NCBI GenBank assembly: GCA_945903265.1
Contig: CAMDNQ010000012.1
Location: 22,181-86,180, forward strand
Direction of reading: 5' to 3'
Length of the DNA: 64,000 bases
Source of the DNA: Candidatus Sulfopaludibacter sp. SbA3
Lineage (GTDB): Bacteria; Acidobacteriota; Vicinamibacteria; Vicinamibacterales; UBA2999
Below are positions 40,451 through 50,179 of the stretch, in pieces. Each line of letters begins with the position of its first letter. The first letter of the stretch is position 1. A program made the position numbers and the translations under genes. The notes beneath the pieces were generated by a model, which saw only the letters and a list, made by a program, of their open reading frames with translations, was not told the DNA's origin and searched no databases.

Positions 40451-41379
40451 ACCGTTCTCCCCTGGGCCGAGGCCACCGCCTCGCGTGTCGCCTCCGATGA
40501 CTGGTGGACGCCGAGCGTGCGGACCGTCACCGGGCAGTTGGCACGCTCGTAGATGGATTGCAGCAGCCGCTCGAGGCGATCGAAATCGCGCCGCGCGAGC
40601 ACCGCGACCGACGGACCGGCTCCCGACAGGAACGAGCCCAGAATCTCCGGATCGTCGAGCGCCAGCACGGTGTCGAGCTGCGGAATCAACGCGGTCCGCG
40701 CTGGCTGATGCAGCCGATCGCGCACCGCTTCACGCAGACGGCCGTAATCGCCTTCCTGCAGCGCGTGCACGAGTCCGAGGACGCGCTGCAGATTGAACAC
40801 AGCATCTTTCCGCGGAACCGAATCCGCCAGCGCGGCTCTGGCTTTGGACGTCGACAGGCCCACCGACGGCGTCGCCACGATCAGCCGCAGTTCCTCGGGC
40901 CACTGCCACCGCAGCGCGATCGGCTCCTCGCCCTCACGCTCGATCACGGACGTGAGTCCGCCGTGCAGTGCCGCCGCCGCATTGTCGGCATGTCCCTCGA
41001 GCGACGTGGCGACGGCCAGCAGCACGCCGTCCGGCAGCGGTTGGGTCACGCGCTCGAACATGCGGACGCCCGCCACCGTCGCGGCAGCGCTGCTGCCCAG
41101 GCCGGCGGCCATCGGAATGTCACTTTCAGCTTCGACAAACACCGACGGCGTCTTGAGACCGGTCCATCGGGCCATCGCTTCGAAGGCGCGTTCGACAGAA
41201 TTTCGCCCGCGGACGGCCGGCGTGCTCTTGACAACAGACAGCGTCGTCCCGCCGTCGTCCCGGACATCGACAACCCGGAGGCGCAGGTACAACTGCACGG
41301 CCACGCCGAGCGTATCGAAGCCGCCCCCGAGGTTCGCCACGGAGGCCGGCACGGTCACCAAAGTGCTGTTAAGTGACAC
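40447..41379 (-). CDS. thrB: Homoserine kinase
   Basis: VPASVANLGGGFDTLG, PMAAGLGSSAA, EGHADN, SGAGPS. Confidence 0.94.
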   Translation of the reverse strand: MSLNSTLVTVPASVANLGGGFDTLGVAVQLYLRLRVVDVRDDGGTTLSVVKSTPAVRGRNSVERAFEAMARWTGLKTPSVFVEAESDIPMAAGLGSSAAATVAGVRMFERVTQPLPDGVLLAVATSLEGHADNAAAALHGGLTSVIEREGEEPIALRWQWPEELRLIVATPSVGLSTSKARAALADSVPRKDAVFNLQRVLGLVHALQEGDYGRLREAVRDRLHQPARTALIPQLDTVLALDDPEILGSFLSGAGPSVAVLARRDFDRLERLLQSIYERANCPVTVRTLGVHQSSEATREAVASAQGRTV

Positions 41380-41398
41380 GAACTACAGAAGATACCAC

Positions 41399-42670
41399 TT
41401 ACCCCTTCGGGTCGTCGCCAACGAGCATCGGAAGGGCGAGCGGAGGCTCGGCGTGGAAGTCGGAACGCGCAATATCCTGAAGCGCCGCCCGGAGGGCAGG
41501 CTCCTCGCACGCCTCGACGGTGATCACAAATGGCAGGGCGTCTTTCGGGTACCCGGGCTCCTGGAGCACGGCATCGAGATTGATCCCCTGATTCGCCAGC
41601 GCCGCCGCGATCGATGACAGGATCCCCGGCCGGTCCTGAACGACAAAACGAAGGTAGTACGGGCGCGGAGGCGGCGGAGCGATTCGGCCGGCCGGCCATT
41701 CTTCTCCCCGCTCGTGCGTCCGCTGCGTCAGGGAGAGGAGGTCCGACACGACCGCGACGGCCGTTGCCGGCCCACCGGCGCCCGCGCCGCTGAAACTGTT
41801 TTCGCCGCCGTAGTGTCCGGCAATTGTAACGACATTGTTCGCGCCCTTGTTGAGCCCGAAATGCGAGCCCCGCAAGACGAGCGCGGGACCGACGAACGCA
41901 TGGAAGTCGGGCCCGTCGGTTTCAACCATCGCAATCTGGCGGATGGTGCATCCCAGACGGCGTGCGTACCGGAAGTCGGCGGCGGAAATCGTACGGATGG
42001 TCTGGCGAGGAATATCCTCGAGCCGCAGATGCCGGCGGAATGCAATTCCCGCGAGCACAACGAGCTTCGCTCCCGCGTCGTGGCCATCGACGTCGGCGCT
42101 CGGATCGGCCTCCGCATAGCCAAGCCGCTGCGCATCGGCGAGCACACCGGCCATCGCCTCGTCGCTGGCCGCCATCCGGCTCAGGATGTAGTTACACGTG
42201 CCGTTGAGAATGCCGGACACTCGCAACAGCCGGTCGCCTGCCAGTCCTTCCCGCACGCCGTGAATGAGTGGCACGCCCCCGGCCACCGCGGCTTCGAAGC
42301 GAAGCTGCGTCCCGCGCGTCGCGGCGAGATGCAGCAACTCCGGCGCGTGGGCAGCCAATAGCATCTTGTTTGCCGTGACAACGGCGGATCCCTGTTCGAG
42401 CGCACGCCGAACCCAGGCGCCTGCGGGCTCGAGACCGCCGACCACTTCCACAACGGCGTCCGGCTTCGAGGCGAACAGCTCGTCGATGCTGTCCGTCCAG
42501 ACGACGGATGACGGCACCCAATCGGCCCGCTTGCGCGACACGCCGCGGTTGAAGATGTGTGTGAGGTGGAGGCGGTCGGCGAGGTCAGGCCGTTCGACCA
42601 GAATCCTGGCCACCGACCCGCCCACCGTGCCAAATCCGAGCAGGGCAACGCGCAGCGGTTTCGTCTTCAT
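41399..42670 (-). CDS. hom: Homoserine dehydrogenase with C-terminal ACT domain
   Basis: GFGTVG, VVTANK, FEAAVAGGVP, GILNGTCNYIL, GYAEADP, DRPGIL. Confidence 0.95.
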   Translation of the reverse strand: MKTKPLRVALLGFGTVGGSVARILVERPDLADRLHLTHIFNRGVSRKRADWVPSSVVWTDSIDELFASKPDAVVEVVGGLEPAGAWVRRALEQGSAVVTANKMLLAAHAPELLHLAATRGTQLRFEAAVAGGVPLIHGVREGLAGDRLLRVSGILNGTCNYILSRMAASDEAMAGVLADAQRLGYAEADPSADVDGHDAGAKLVVLAGIAFRRHLRLEDIPRQTIRTISAADFRYARRLGCTIRQIAMVETDGPDFHAFVGPALVLRGSHFGLNKGANNVVTIAGHYGGENSFSGAGAGGPATAVAVVSDLLSLTQRTHERGEEWPAGRIAPPPPRPYYLRFVVQDRPGILSSIAAALANQGINLDAVLQEPGYPKDALPFVITVEACEEPALRAALQDIARSDFHAEPPLALPMLVGDDPKG

Positions 42671-42711
42671 GCAGAGTAGGCGTAGGGACAAACCAACGTT
42701 AGCATAGGGCG

Positions 42712-43623
42712 ATGTTCACGGTCGCCGTCGTCCAGGACCATGCGGATGCCGACGTACGCAGCAATGTGCAGCGCGCGGAAAAGCTTGTCCGCGAGGCGGC
42801 GCGGCGCGGCGCACAGATCATCTGCCTGAAGGAACTGTTCAACTCGCTCTACTTCTGCAAGTCGCAGCAGTGCGACCGGTTCGACCTGGCGGAGCCGATT
42901 CCCGGCCCGACGACGGATGCGATGCAGGCACTCGCCAAGGAACTGGCCGTCGTCATCATCGTGCCGATCTTCGAACGCCAGGCCGCCGGCGTCTACCGGA
43001 ACTCGGCGGCCGTGATCGATGCTGACGGGACGCTCATGGGTGCGTATCGCAAGATGCACATCCCGGACGATCCGCTGTTCAACGAAAAGTACTACTTCAC
43101 GCCCGGAGACGGGCATCTCGACTTTCATGGAGAAGAGCCGGGCGAGCCGGGGGGCTTCCGCGTCTGGAAGACGCGCTACGCCACCATCGGCGTCCTGATC
43201 TGCTGGGACCAGTGGTTTCCGGAGGCGGCGCGCATCACGTCGCTCCTCGGCGCGCAGGTGCTGTTCTATCCGACGGCGATTGGCTGGCACCCTGCCGAAA
43301 AGGACGAATGGGGCCGCGCGCAGGTCGATGCCTGGCGGACGATCCAGCGGTCGCACGCCATCGCCAACGGGGTGTACGTCGCGTCTCCGAATCGCATCGG
43401 CCACGAAGACGAACCGGGTACCAAGGGCATCACGTTCTTCGGGCACTCGTTTATTGCTGACCCGTTCGGTCGGTACGTTGCAGAAGCCGGTGAGGGTGAG
43501 GAGATCGTCATCGCGCAGTGCGACCCGGCGTTGATCGAGAGCGTCCGCCGGAACTGGCCATTCCTCCGCGATCGCCGGGTCGATGCCTACGGCCCGATCC
43601 TGAAGCGCTACCTTGGAACGTGA
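42712..43623 (+). CDS. aguB: N-carbamoylputrescine amidase (carbon-nitrogen hydrolase)
   Basis: ELF, RKMHIPDDP..EKYYFTPGD, ICWDQWFPE, YPTAIG; adjacent to agmatine deiminase. Confidence 0.9.
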   Translation: MFTVAVVQDHADADVRSNVQRAEKLVREAARRGAQIICLKELFNSLYFCKSQQCDRFDLAEPIPGPTTDAMQALAKELAVVIIVPIFERQAAGVYRNSAAVIDADGTLMGAYRKMHIPDDPLFNEKYYFTPGDGHLDFHGEEPGEPGGFRVWKTRYATIGVLICWDQWFPEAARITSLLGAQVLFYPTAIGWHPAEKDEWGRAQVDAWRTIQRSHAIANGVYVASPNRIGHEDEPGTKGITFFGHSFIADPFGRYVAEAGEGEEIVIAQCDPALIESVRRNWPFLRDRRVDAYGPILKRYLGT

Positions 43624-44696
43624 ACGACAAGTCTTTTCGTTTCCGGATGCCTGCGGAGTGGGAGCCGCATCGCGCCACGTGGATCGCGTGGCCGCATCAC
43701 GAACCCGACTGGCCGGGCAAGCTGGCCGCGATTCCGTGGGTCTACGCGGAAATCGTGCGCATCCTCGCACAGCATGAGCCGGTTGAAATCCTCTGTCACG
43801 ATTCGACCGTCCACGCACGCGCGAGCGAGGCGCTGGAGGCGCACGACGTCCGCCGCGACCGCGTCCGCCTGCACGATGTGCCGACCGACCGCGTCTGGCT
43901 TCGTGATTCGGCGCCGGTCGGCGTGCTCGACCGCGCAGGCGCGCCGGTACTGCTCGACTGGGCGTTCAATGCCTGGGCGAAGTACGACAACTGGCAGCAC
44001 GACGCGCGTGTCGGAGACGCGATTGCGCACGTAACCGGACTGCCGCGTGAGACTCCGACACGGCCCGACGGCACGCCGATCGTGCTCGAGGGGGGCGGGA
44101 TCGACGTCAACGGACAGGGACGGATCCTCGTCACCGAGGAGTGGCTGCTTACGGACATCCAGGTCAGGAATCAGGGCCTCGGCCGTCAGGACTACGAACA
44201 GATTTTCAGAGACTGGCTTGGCGCGACGGAGACCATCTGGCTGGGGGAAGGATGTGTCGGTGACGATACGCACGGACACATCGACGACGTGGCGCGGTTT
44301 GTCGGCGCCGATACGGTGGCGCTCGCCGTCGAGCAGGACCCCGCTGACGAGAATCACCCGCGGTCGATGGATAACCTGCGGCGGCTGCAGCACGTCGCCG
44401 CCTCAGGCAAGGCGGGCCCGCTCAGGGTTGTCACGCTTCCTTTTCCGCGCCCGGTGATCATGGAAGGCACGCGGCTTCCGGCCAGCTATCTGAACTTCTA
44501 CATCGCCAACGACGTGGTCATCGTCCCTACGTTCAACGATCCGAACGATCGCGTCGCGCTCAATACCCTGGCGGATCTGATGCCCTCGCATCGCATTGTC
44601 GGCATTCACGCGGTGGACTTGGTGTGGGGACTTGGCACGCTTCACTGCCTGACGCAGCAGGAGCCGGCGCCTCTGTCCGCGCGAAAAGTCAACTAG
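43620..44696 (+). CDS. aguA: Agmatine deiminase
   Basis: MPAEWEPH, WLRD, LEGGGID, DTHGHID, ASYLNF, LHCLTQQ; GTGA overlap. Confidence 0.93.
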   Translation: MNDKSFRFRMPAEWEPHRATWIAWPHHEPDWPGKLAAIPWVYAEIVRILAQHEPVEILCHDSTVHARASEALEAHDVRRDRVRLHDVPTDRVWLRDSAPVGVLDRAGAPVLLDWAFNAWAKYDNWQHDARVGDAIAHVTGLPRETPTRPDGTPIVLEGGGIDVNGQGRILVTEEWLLTDIQVRNQGLGRQDYEQIFRDWLGATETIWLGEGCVGDDTHGHIDDVARFVGADTVALAVEQDPADENHPRSMDNLRRLQHVAASGKAGPLRVVTLPFPRPVIMEGTRLPASYLNFYIANDVVIVPTFNDPNDRVALNTLADLMPSHRIVGIHAVDLVWGLGTLHCLTQQEPAPLSARKVN

Positions 44697-46495
44697 CGCC
44701 CGATCGCTAACGCGACGGTGAACGCCCGGCCGGGCATCGCCACTCCCGCCACTTCCTGGTACGAGGCATTCGCCAGGTTCGTCCCTTCCACGCGGACGTC
44801 GTACCGGCCGAATGCGCGACTCAGCCGGGCATCGAGCAACGCGTAGTCACTCTCCCCCGTCGAGCGCGTGCGATGGCGGTATTCAAGCCGAGGCGCGAGT
44901 TGTACGCGCTTCAACAGAGGGACGGATCCGGCGGCCACGAGGCCGTGCGGCGCATAGTCCAGGACATATTTCGAAAGCTGAGACACCGCCGCGGCGGTCA
45001 CGTCGAGGAACGTATACCCGGCCTGCACGAATGCGCCAGCCGCAAGCGTTCGTCTCAGCGCGAGCTCGACGCCGACGGTATCGACGTCTCGAATGTTGTA
45101 GGTCCGCCACCGCTCCGAGGTATTCGGACGGAGCCAGTCAATGACGTCTTCGTCCAGCCGACCGAAGACCGTTGCGTTGACCTGCCAGCTGTATGACACA
45201 AAGAGATCGACGCCCGACTCTCCTCCCCACGAGGATTCCGCTCCAACCTCGGGTCGCGCCCAGTTCGCCGGGTCCGAGTAATACCGCTCGGTGAAGGTTG
45301 GGACTCGAAAGGCCCGACCGCTCGAGGCGCGCACCCTGACGTTGGACGCAGGCCACCACGCGGCCCCGATCGAAGGACTGACTGCGCTGCCGAACTCGGT
45401 GTAGCGATCGACGCGCACGCTCGAGTCGAACTGCACGGTCGTCCCGACCGCCTGCCGCCATTCGGCGAACGCGCTGACCCGGCGCGTCGTGTGGTCGCCG
45501 AGATTGGACGAGCGGATCCAGTCGGCGCCGAGCTCCGCTCCACCCGCGACCGACGCCCGTCCTGCAACCGAACGCGATACGCGAAAAGACCCGATGGCCG
45601 CATGGGTCCGGTGGCGATTTTCCGCCACGCCCGGCCGCCGCACATCGAAAAGAAAATGATCGCCATGGGTACGGTACGAACCTGTTCCACTGGCTTGCCA
45701 TCCCCGCCAGGAACCGAATCGGCGCTCGGCGGCTAGGAAGGTCTGGTTCGTCCACTCGTGCGACGGCGCATTGCCGTAGAACCCGTTTGCGCCAAAGTCT
45801 TTCCATAGATAGGACGCCAGGACGCGCGTGTCCTCGCCGATCGCCGTTCGGGACGTCACCCCTGCAGTCGCAAATCCGCGTTCGAACATGAACCCGGACG
45901 AACGCTCGACGGATGCGGCGAACAGCTGTCGCACTGATCCCGTCCTGGCGGACACCTGCCCGCGGCCGGCCACGAGCCCGAAGCTTCCCGACTGAACGAC
46001 GCCGGACGCTGAATCCCCACCGTCGCGCGTGATGATATTGATCGTGCCGCCGAAGGCGTCGGCGCCGAACAGCGACGACCCGGGGCCGTGGAGGATTTCG
46101 ATGCGCTCGACGGCATCGAGCGGCACCGGAATATCACCGTTGTGATGACCCGACTGCGCGTCATTCAAGCGCACTCCATCCACAAGCACCAGCATCTGGC
46201 CGAAGTTCGCGCCTCGCACCGCGAAATCGGTCTGGACACCACGCTCGCCGCGGGCGCGCACATCGACCGTCGACACCAGCCGTAGCACGTCGGCTACGCT
46301 GTGCACAGGCAGCCGCCCGATCTGGCCGCGGTTGATGACCGTCAGCGTCCGTGTCACCGAGCCGACCTCGACCGGCACCGCCGCAGCGGTCACCACGACG
46401 TCTTGCCGAAAACCGCCGGCAGGACTCTGCGCAAATGCAGACGGTGAACACGCGAGTGCGATGACGACAACAGCCGAGCACGCCGCGCCTTTCAT
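44693..46495 (-). CDS. TonB-dependent receptor (BtuB-like)
   Basis: Signal peptide, TonB box DVVVTA, plug LVLVDGVR..ERIEILHGPGSSLFGADAFGGTINIIT, C-terminal MPGRAF. Confidence 0.92.
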   Translation of the reverse strand: MKGAACSAVVVIALACSPSAFAQSPAGGFRQDVVVTAAAVPVEVGSVTRTLTVINRGQIGRLPVHSVADVLRLVSTVDVRARGERGVQTDFAVRGANFGQMLVLVDGVRLNDAQSGHHNGDIPVPLDAVERIEILHGPGSSLFGADAFGGTINIITRDGGDSASGVVQSGSFGLVAGRGQVSARTGSVRQLFAASVERSSGFMFERGFATAGVTSRTAIGEDTRVLASYLWKDFGANGFYGNAPSHEWTNQTFLAAERRFGSWRGWQASGTGSYRTHGDHFLFDVRRPGVAENRHRTHAAIGSFRVSRSVAGRASVAGGAELGADWIRSSNLGDHTTRRVSAFAEWRQAVGTTVQFDSSVRVDRYTEFGSAVSPSIGAAWWPASNVRVRASSGRAFRVPTFTERYYSDPANWARPEVGAESSWGGESGVDLFVSYSWQVNATVFGRLDEDVIDWLRPNTSERWRTYNIRDVDTVGVELALRRTLAAGAFVQAGYTFLDVTAAAVSQLSKYVLDYAPHGLVAAGSVPLLKRVQLAPRLEYRHRTRSTGESDYALLDARLSRAFGRYDVRVEGTNLANASYQEVAGVAMPGRAFTVALAIGR

Positions 46496-46944
46496 TTCCA
46501 TCGGATGAGCGCCACGCCGACGACGAGAAAGGCCGCGCCGATCAGCCGGGTCGCGGACAAACGATGCACGGTGGCGCCCAGCCAGCCGTAGTGATCGATG
46601 AGTAATGACGCACCCAGTTGTCCGACAATCGTCGCCGCCGAGAGGACCGCGACCCCGACCGTTCGCGTCAGGACGATGGCCAGTAATACATACGTGGCAC
46701 CGAACACCCCGCCGAGCCAGACCCATTTCGGCGCAGTCCAGAGGGCGGGACTCGGCGCGGCCGGCTGCCCAAGCAGGATCGAAATGCCGAGTGCCGTCAG
46801 TCCGACGACGATCGATACGGCGAAATTGATGTTGGCGGCCCAGAGCGGCGCCATCGTCGCGGCCCCGAGCCCGGCATTCACGGCGATCTGCGCGCCCACA
46901 CCGGCGCCGGCAATCACGATCACCAGGATGTAGAGGTTCGTCAT
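46492..46944 (-). CDS. DMT family (YdcZ/DUF606) transporter
   Basis: Q.AVNAGL, W.WLGGVFG, GQLGASLLIDHYGWLG. Confidence 0.88.
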   Translation of the reverse strand: MTNLYILVIVIAGAGVGAQIAVNAGLGAATMAPLWAANINFAVSIVVGLTALGISILLGQPAAPSPALWTAPKWVWLGGVFGATYVLLAIVLTRTVGVAVLSAATIVGQLGASLLIDHYGWLGATVHRLSATRLIGAAFLVVGVALIRWK

Positions 46945-46972
46945 TGGCCCGATGATCGCATGGATGCGCCGT

Positions 46973-47832
46973 ATGCCCCGCCTTCTCGTCTCAATTGCGA
47001 TCGTTGGATTTCTTGCCGGCGACAATGCCTCTTCACGCGCCTTGTCACGCCCCTCATCCCAGGCGCCGGCGCTGTCGTGTGTCGCTGCAGGCGCACTGGT
47101 TCGTCTGCCCGGTGTGATCGAGGCGAGTGGCGCCGCAGCGAGCCGGCGCCACCCGGGCATATCTGGACGCACAACGATTCCGGCGACCCGGTCGTGTTCG
47201 CCTTCGACGCGGGAGGCAAAGCCCGGGCGCGCGTGACCGTCAGCGGAGCGACCGTGACGGACTGGGAGGATGTCGCGCTGGGTCCATGTCCACAGGGCAC
47301 GTGCCTCTACATTGCCGATATCGGCGACAACAATCGTGCGCGGCGGCAGATCACGATTTATCGGGTCCCCGAGCCCGCGCTCAATGCGCAGACGACCGAG
47401 CCGGCGGACGTCATGGTGTTGACGTATCCAGACGGCGCGCGCGATGCCGAGGCGGTGTTCGTCACCGACGGACAGTTGTTCGTCGTCTCGAAGACCAGTC
47501 CAGCGCTCACCGCGCTCTACCGGGCGCCGCTCGGCGGCGGGAGCGCCGTGCTCACCACGGTGGCAAAGCTTCCACTCGATCGCGTGACCGGTGGAACGAT
47601 CTCGCCGGACGGAACGTGGGTGGGCCTGCGAAGCAACGAGGAGTTGACGGTCTACCGGACCAAGGAACTGACGAGTGGGAAGAGCGCCGTGGCGCGCCGT
47701 GTCGCCCTGACGCCGTTTGCCGAGCGTCAAGGGGAACGTGTGGCCATCGGCGGCGACGGGATGATCTATCTCGTGGGCGAAGGCACGGGCGGAGGCGGCA
47801 CCCTCGTGCCGATCCGCTGTCAGCTAGGCTGA
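46973..47832 (+). pseudogene. Exported beta-propeller-like protein split by a 1-nt frameshift near 47160 (pseudogene or sequencing error)
   Basis: Frame A: signal peptide..EASGAAASRRHPGI; frame B continues IWTHNDSGD..DWEDVA..LYIADIGDN..DAEA. Confidence 0.75.
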
Positions 47833-48944
47833 CGTTCGAAACGTCCGACGCGGAGCAACATCGCCGCAGCGACGGCGAGGATCGAAGCGGAGAAACTCAA
47901 AAGCGCCCCCATCTTGGCTTCATCCAACAGCCGTCCGGGCGGGAACGCGGCGGTGGCGAAGAACAGCGCGACCGTGAAGCCGATCCCCGCGATGATTCCG
48001 ACCACGACCATCTCGCGCCAGGTGACCCCCGCGGGTTTGTGCAAGCCGGCTGCGACGCAGATGGCGGTGAACAGAAGAATGCCAATCGGCTTCCCCGCCA
48101 GAATCGCAATCAGGACGGTCCACGTACCTGGACCGACGCTCGTGACGGCAACGCCCGCGTTGACCAGACCGAAAAAGAACAGGATGACGTGGACCGGCAG
48201 CTTCCACCACTGCTCGAATCTGGTCAGGGGATCGTGAAGATGCGGTGCGTCGACGAACAACCCCGGATCGCGCTTCGCGTGAGGCAGGAACGGAATGATC
48301 GGCACCAGCGCCAGCGCTGGGTGGAGTCCCCCGCGATAGAACGCCATCCAGGACACGAGACCGGCGCAGGCGATGTACGGCCAGAAGTTCATCGTGCGGG
48401 CGCGTCGCAGTAACCACGCCCCGGTCATCGCCACCCCAAGCAGAATCCCGAATTCGACCGGGCGTACCGTTCCAACCGGATAGAACGCCGCCAGCAGAAT
48501 CAGACCCAGCGCATCGTCGGCAATCGCCAGCAGCAGCAGGAACGGAATGCCGGGATGGCGCGCGCCCAGCACGAAGCGCGCGACAAGATAGCTGAACGCC
48601 ATATCCGTCGCGCACGGAATCGCCCAGCCGCGCAGCAGTTCCGGCATGTTCGCGGACTGCGCCAGCGCAACGTAGATCGCCGCCGGGGCGGCCATGCCGC
48701 CGACTGCCGCCAGCATCGGCACTGACGCGCGACGCGGCGAGTGCAGCGCGCCACCGGGCGCTGTCGCCTCGACGACTTCCTTTGTCGCGAGGGCGAAGAA
48801 GAAGACCATCGCGATGTCGTTGACGAGGAAACGCAGGCGATGCGCGACGGCCGTATAGCTCTCTGGCGCCGCGTTGGCCCAAATGAGGGCCGCGACCGCG
48901 CCAGCGACCAGGAGTCCGGAGTTGTCGACGAATCGTCGGAGCAC
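47820..48944 (-). CDS. nhaA: Na+/H+ antiporter NhaA
   Basis: VNDIAMVFFF, GWAIPCATDMAF, LAIADD, GIGFTVALF. Confidence 0.92.
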   Translation of the reverse strand: MLRRFVDNSGLLVAGAVAALIWANAAPESYTAVAHRLRFLVNDIAMVFFFALATKEVVEATAPGGALHSPRRASVPMLAAVGGMAAPAAIYVALAQSANMPELLRGWAIPCATDMAFSYLVARFVLGARHPGIPFLLLLAIADDALGLILLAAFYPVGTVRPVEFGILLGVAMTGAWLLRRARTMNFWPYIACAGLVSWMAFYRGGLHPALALVPIIPFLPHAKRDPGLFVDAPHLHDPLTRFEQWWKLPVHVILFFFGLVNAGVAVTSVGPGTWTVLIAILAGKPIGILLFTAICVAAGLHKPAGVTWREMVVVGIIAGIGFTVALFFATAAFPPGRLLDEAKMGALLSFSASILAVAAAMLLRVGRFERQPS

Positions 48945-48975
48945 GTGTGAGGCGGCCTGTCTGTGGAAAGGCTCG

Positions 48976-48985
48976 CAGTATACTG
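48976..48985. promoter_or_regulatory. Palindromic bidirectional -10 element between nhaA and tRNA-Leu
   Basis: CAGTATACTG reads TATACT on both strands. Confidence 0.6.
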
Positions 48986-49004
48986 AAGACTCGCGATCAC
49001 TCCG

Positions 49005-49091
49005 GCCGGAGTGGTGAAACTGGCAGACGCGCCGGACTCAAAATCCGGTGGCCGCAAGGCCGTGTGGGTTCGATTCCCTCCTCCGGCACCA
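49005..49091 (+). tRNA. tRNA-Leu (anticodon CAA)
   Basis: Acceptor GCCGGAG/CTCCGGC-A-CCA, anticodon arm CCGGA-CTCAAAA-TCCGG, long variable arm GGCCGCAAGGCC, T-loop GGTTCGATTCC. Confidence 0.97.
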
Positions 49092-49278
49092 CCTCACAGC
49101 TCGTCCTTTTTGAAGGTGCGAGCGTCCCCGCATACCGCTGTGCTCACCGAGGCACACAAGATGCACACTTCCGTCGACAGGACGCGGAGCCTGCCACCTC
49201 CGCTCCCTGACGACAACGCGCACGCCGTGTAGATTCACCCCTCGCGGTGACCGGCGTGCCAACTGAGGAGGAAGAGGC

Positions 49279-50079
49279 ATGAAACGCGTGACCATTTTTG
49301 CGACCGCAGCCGTTCTGGCTTTGATGGCGGTCTTTTCGTTGACGGCGGCGGCGCAGCAGCCGGACACCCGCGACCGCACCATCATGACGTTCAGCAACGC
49401 GGTTGAGCTCCCGGGTATGCGGCTCGAAGGCGGTACCTATGTATTCCGTCTGGCGGATACCCAGGGCCGCAACGTCATCCAGGTCCTGTCGAGTGACGAG
49501 ATGAACGTGCTCGGCCAGTGGCTCTTCATCCCGGCCGAACGGCTCGAAGTATCAGGCGACACGGTCGTCACGTTCCGCGAGACGGCGGCGAATACGACGC
49601 CGGCCGTACAGTTCTGGTATTACCCGGGCGAGAAGATCGGCAAGGAATTTATCTACCCGAAGGACCAGGGAATGCGGATTGCGCAACGGACGGGTGTTGC
49701 AGTTCTGACCGAGGACGGCCGCGTGGAGGCCAGCGCGCAGACTGCGGCAATCGCTGCCGCCCCTGTGTCCGTGCAGGCCGAGGCGCAGGTTGCGGAGCCG
49801 GCGGTTGCGGTTGAAGCCAGAGCCGGTTCGACGGGCGTTGTCGAAGGTGCCGGGTTGCCCGCCGAAACAGCGGAACCTGTAGGGACCTCCGGGCAGGCGG
49901 TTCGCCAGGAGTCGACGATGGCTCAGAACACGACGCCCGCGCAGACCGATTCGTACGCGCGGGACAACAGCGGCGCCAGCAATGAGCTGCCGGCCACGGC
50001 AAGCCCGCTCGCATTGAGCGGCCTGCTCGGCCTGCTGTCACTTGCCGGCGCGATGGGACTCCGCGCGTTCCGGCAGTAA
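49279..50079 (+). CDS. Exported protein with C-terminal LPxTG-like sortase signal (LPATA)
   Basis: GAGGAG SD, Sec signal peptide, ELPATAS + hydrophobic TM + RAFRQ tail. Confidence 0.88.
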   Translation: MKRVTIFATAAVLALMAVFSLTAAAQQPDTRDRTIMTFSNAVELPGMRLEGGTYVFRLADTQGRNVIQVLSSDEMNVLGQWLFIPAERLEVSGDTVVTFRETAANTTPAVQFWYYPGEKIGKEFIYPKDQGMRIAQRTGVAVLTEDGRVEASAQTAAIAAAPVSVQAEAQVAEPAVAVEARAGSTGVVEGAGLPAETAEPVGTSGQAVRQESTMAQNTTPAQTDSYARDNSGASNELPATASPLALSGLLGLLSLAGAMGLRAFRQ

Positions 50080-50093
50080 GCCAGACGCTGGTG

Positions 50094-50139
50094 GTTGGTA
50101 GTTGGTGGTTGGCCGTTCGGTCAACCGTCGACTACCGAC
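50094..50139 (+). other. 21-bp RNA stem-loop (five G-U pairs) after the sortase-substrate stop
   Basis: gttggtagttggtggttggcc / ggtcaaccgtcgactaccgac pairs fully only as plus-strand RNA. Confidence 0.75.
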
Positions 50140-50179
50140 GCCTCATACTGAACAAGTGGTTTTTACACAACGTGTATCA

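Noticed and set aside
42671-42711. Thr/Ile leader peptide or riboswitch upstream of hom-thrB-thrC
   Set aside because: The intergenic region is only 41 nt and holds divergent -10 boxes; there is no room for a leader ORF or terminator.
46496-46960. Cobalamin riboswitch upstream of the BtuB-like receptor
   Set aside because: The receptor start overlaps the DMT gene stop, and no B12-box-like non-coding region is visible.
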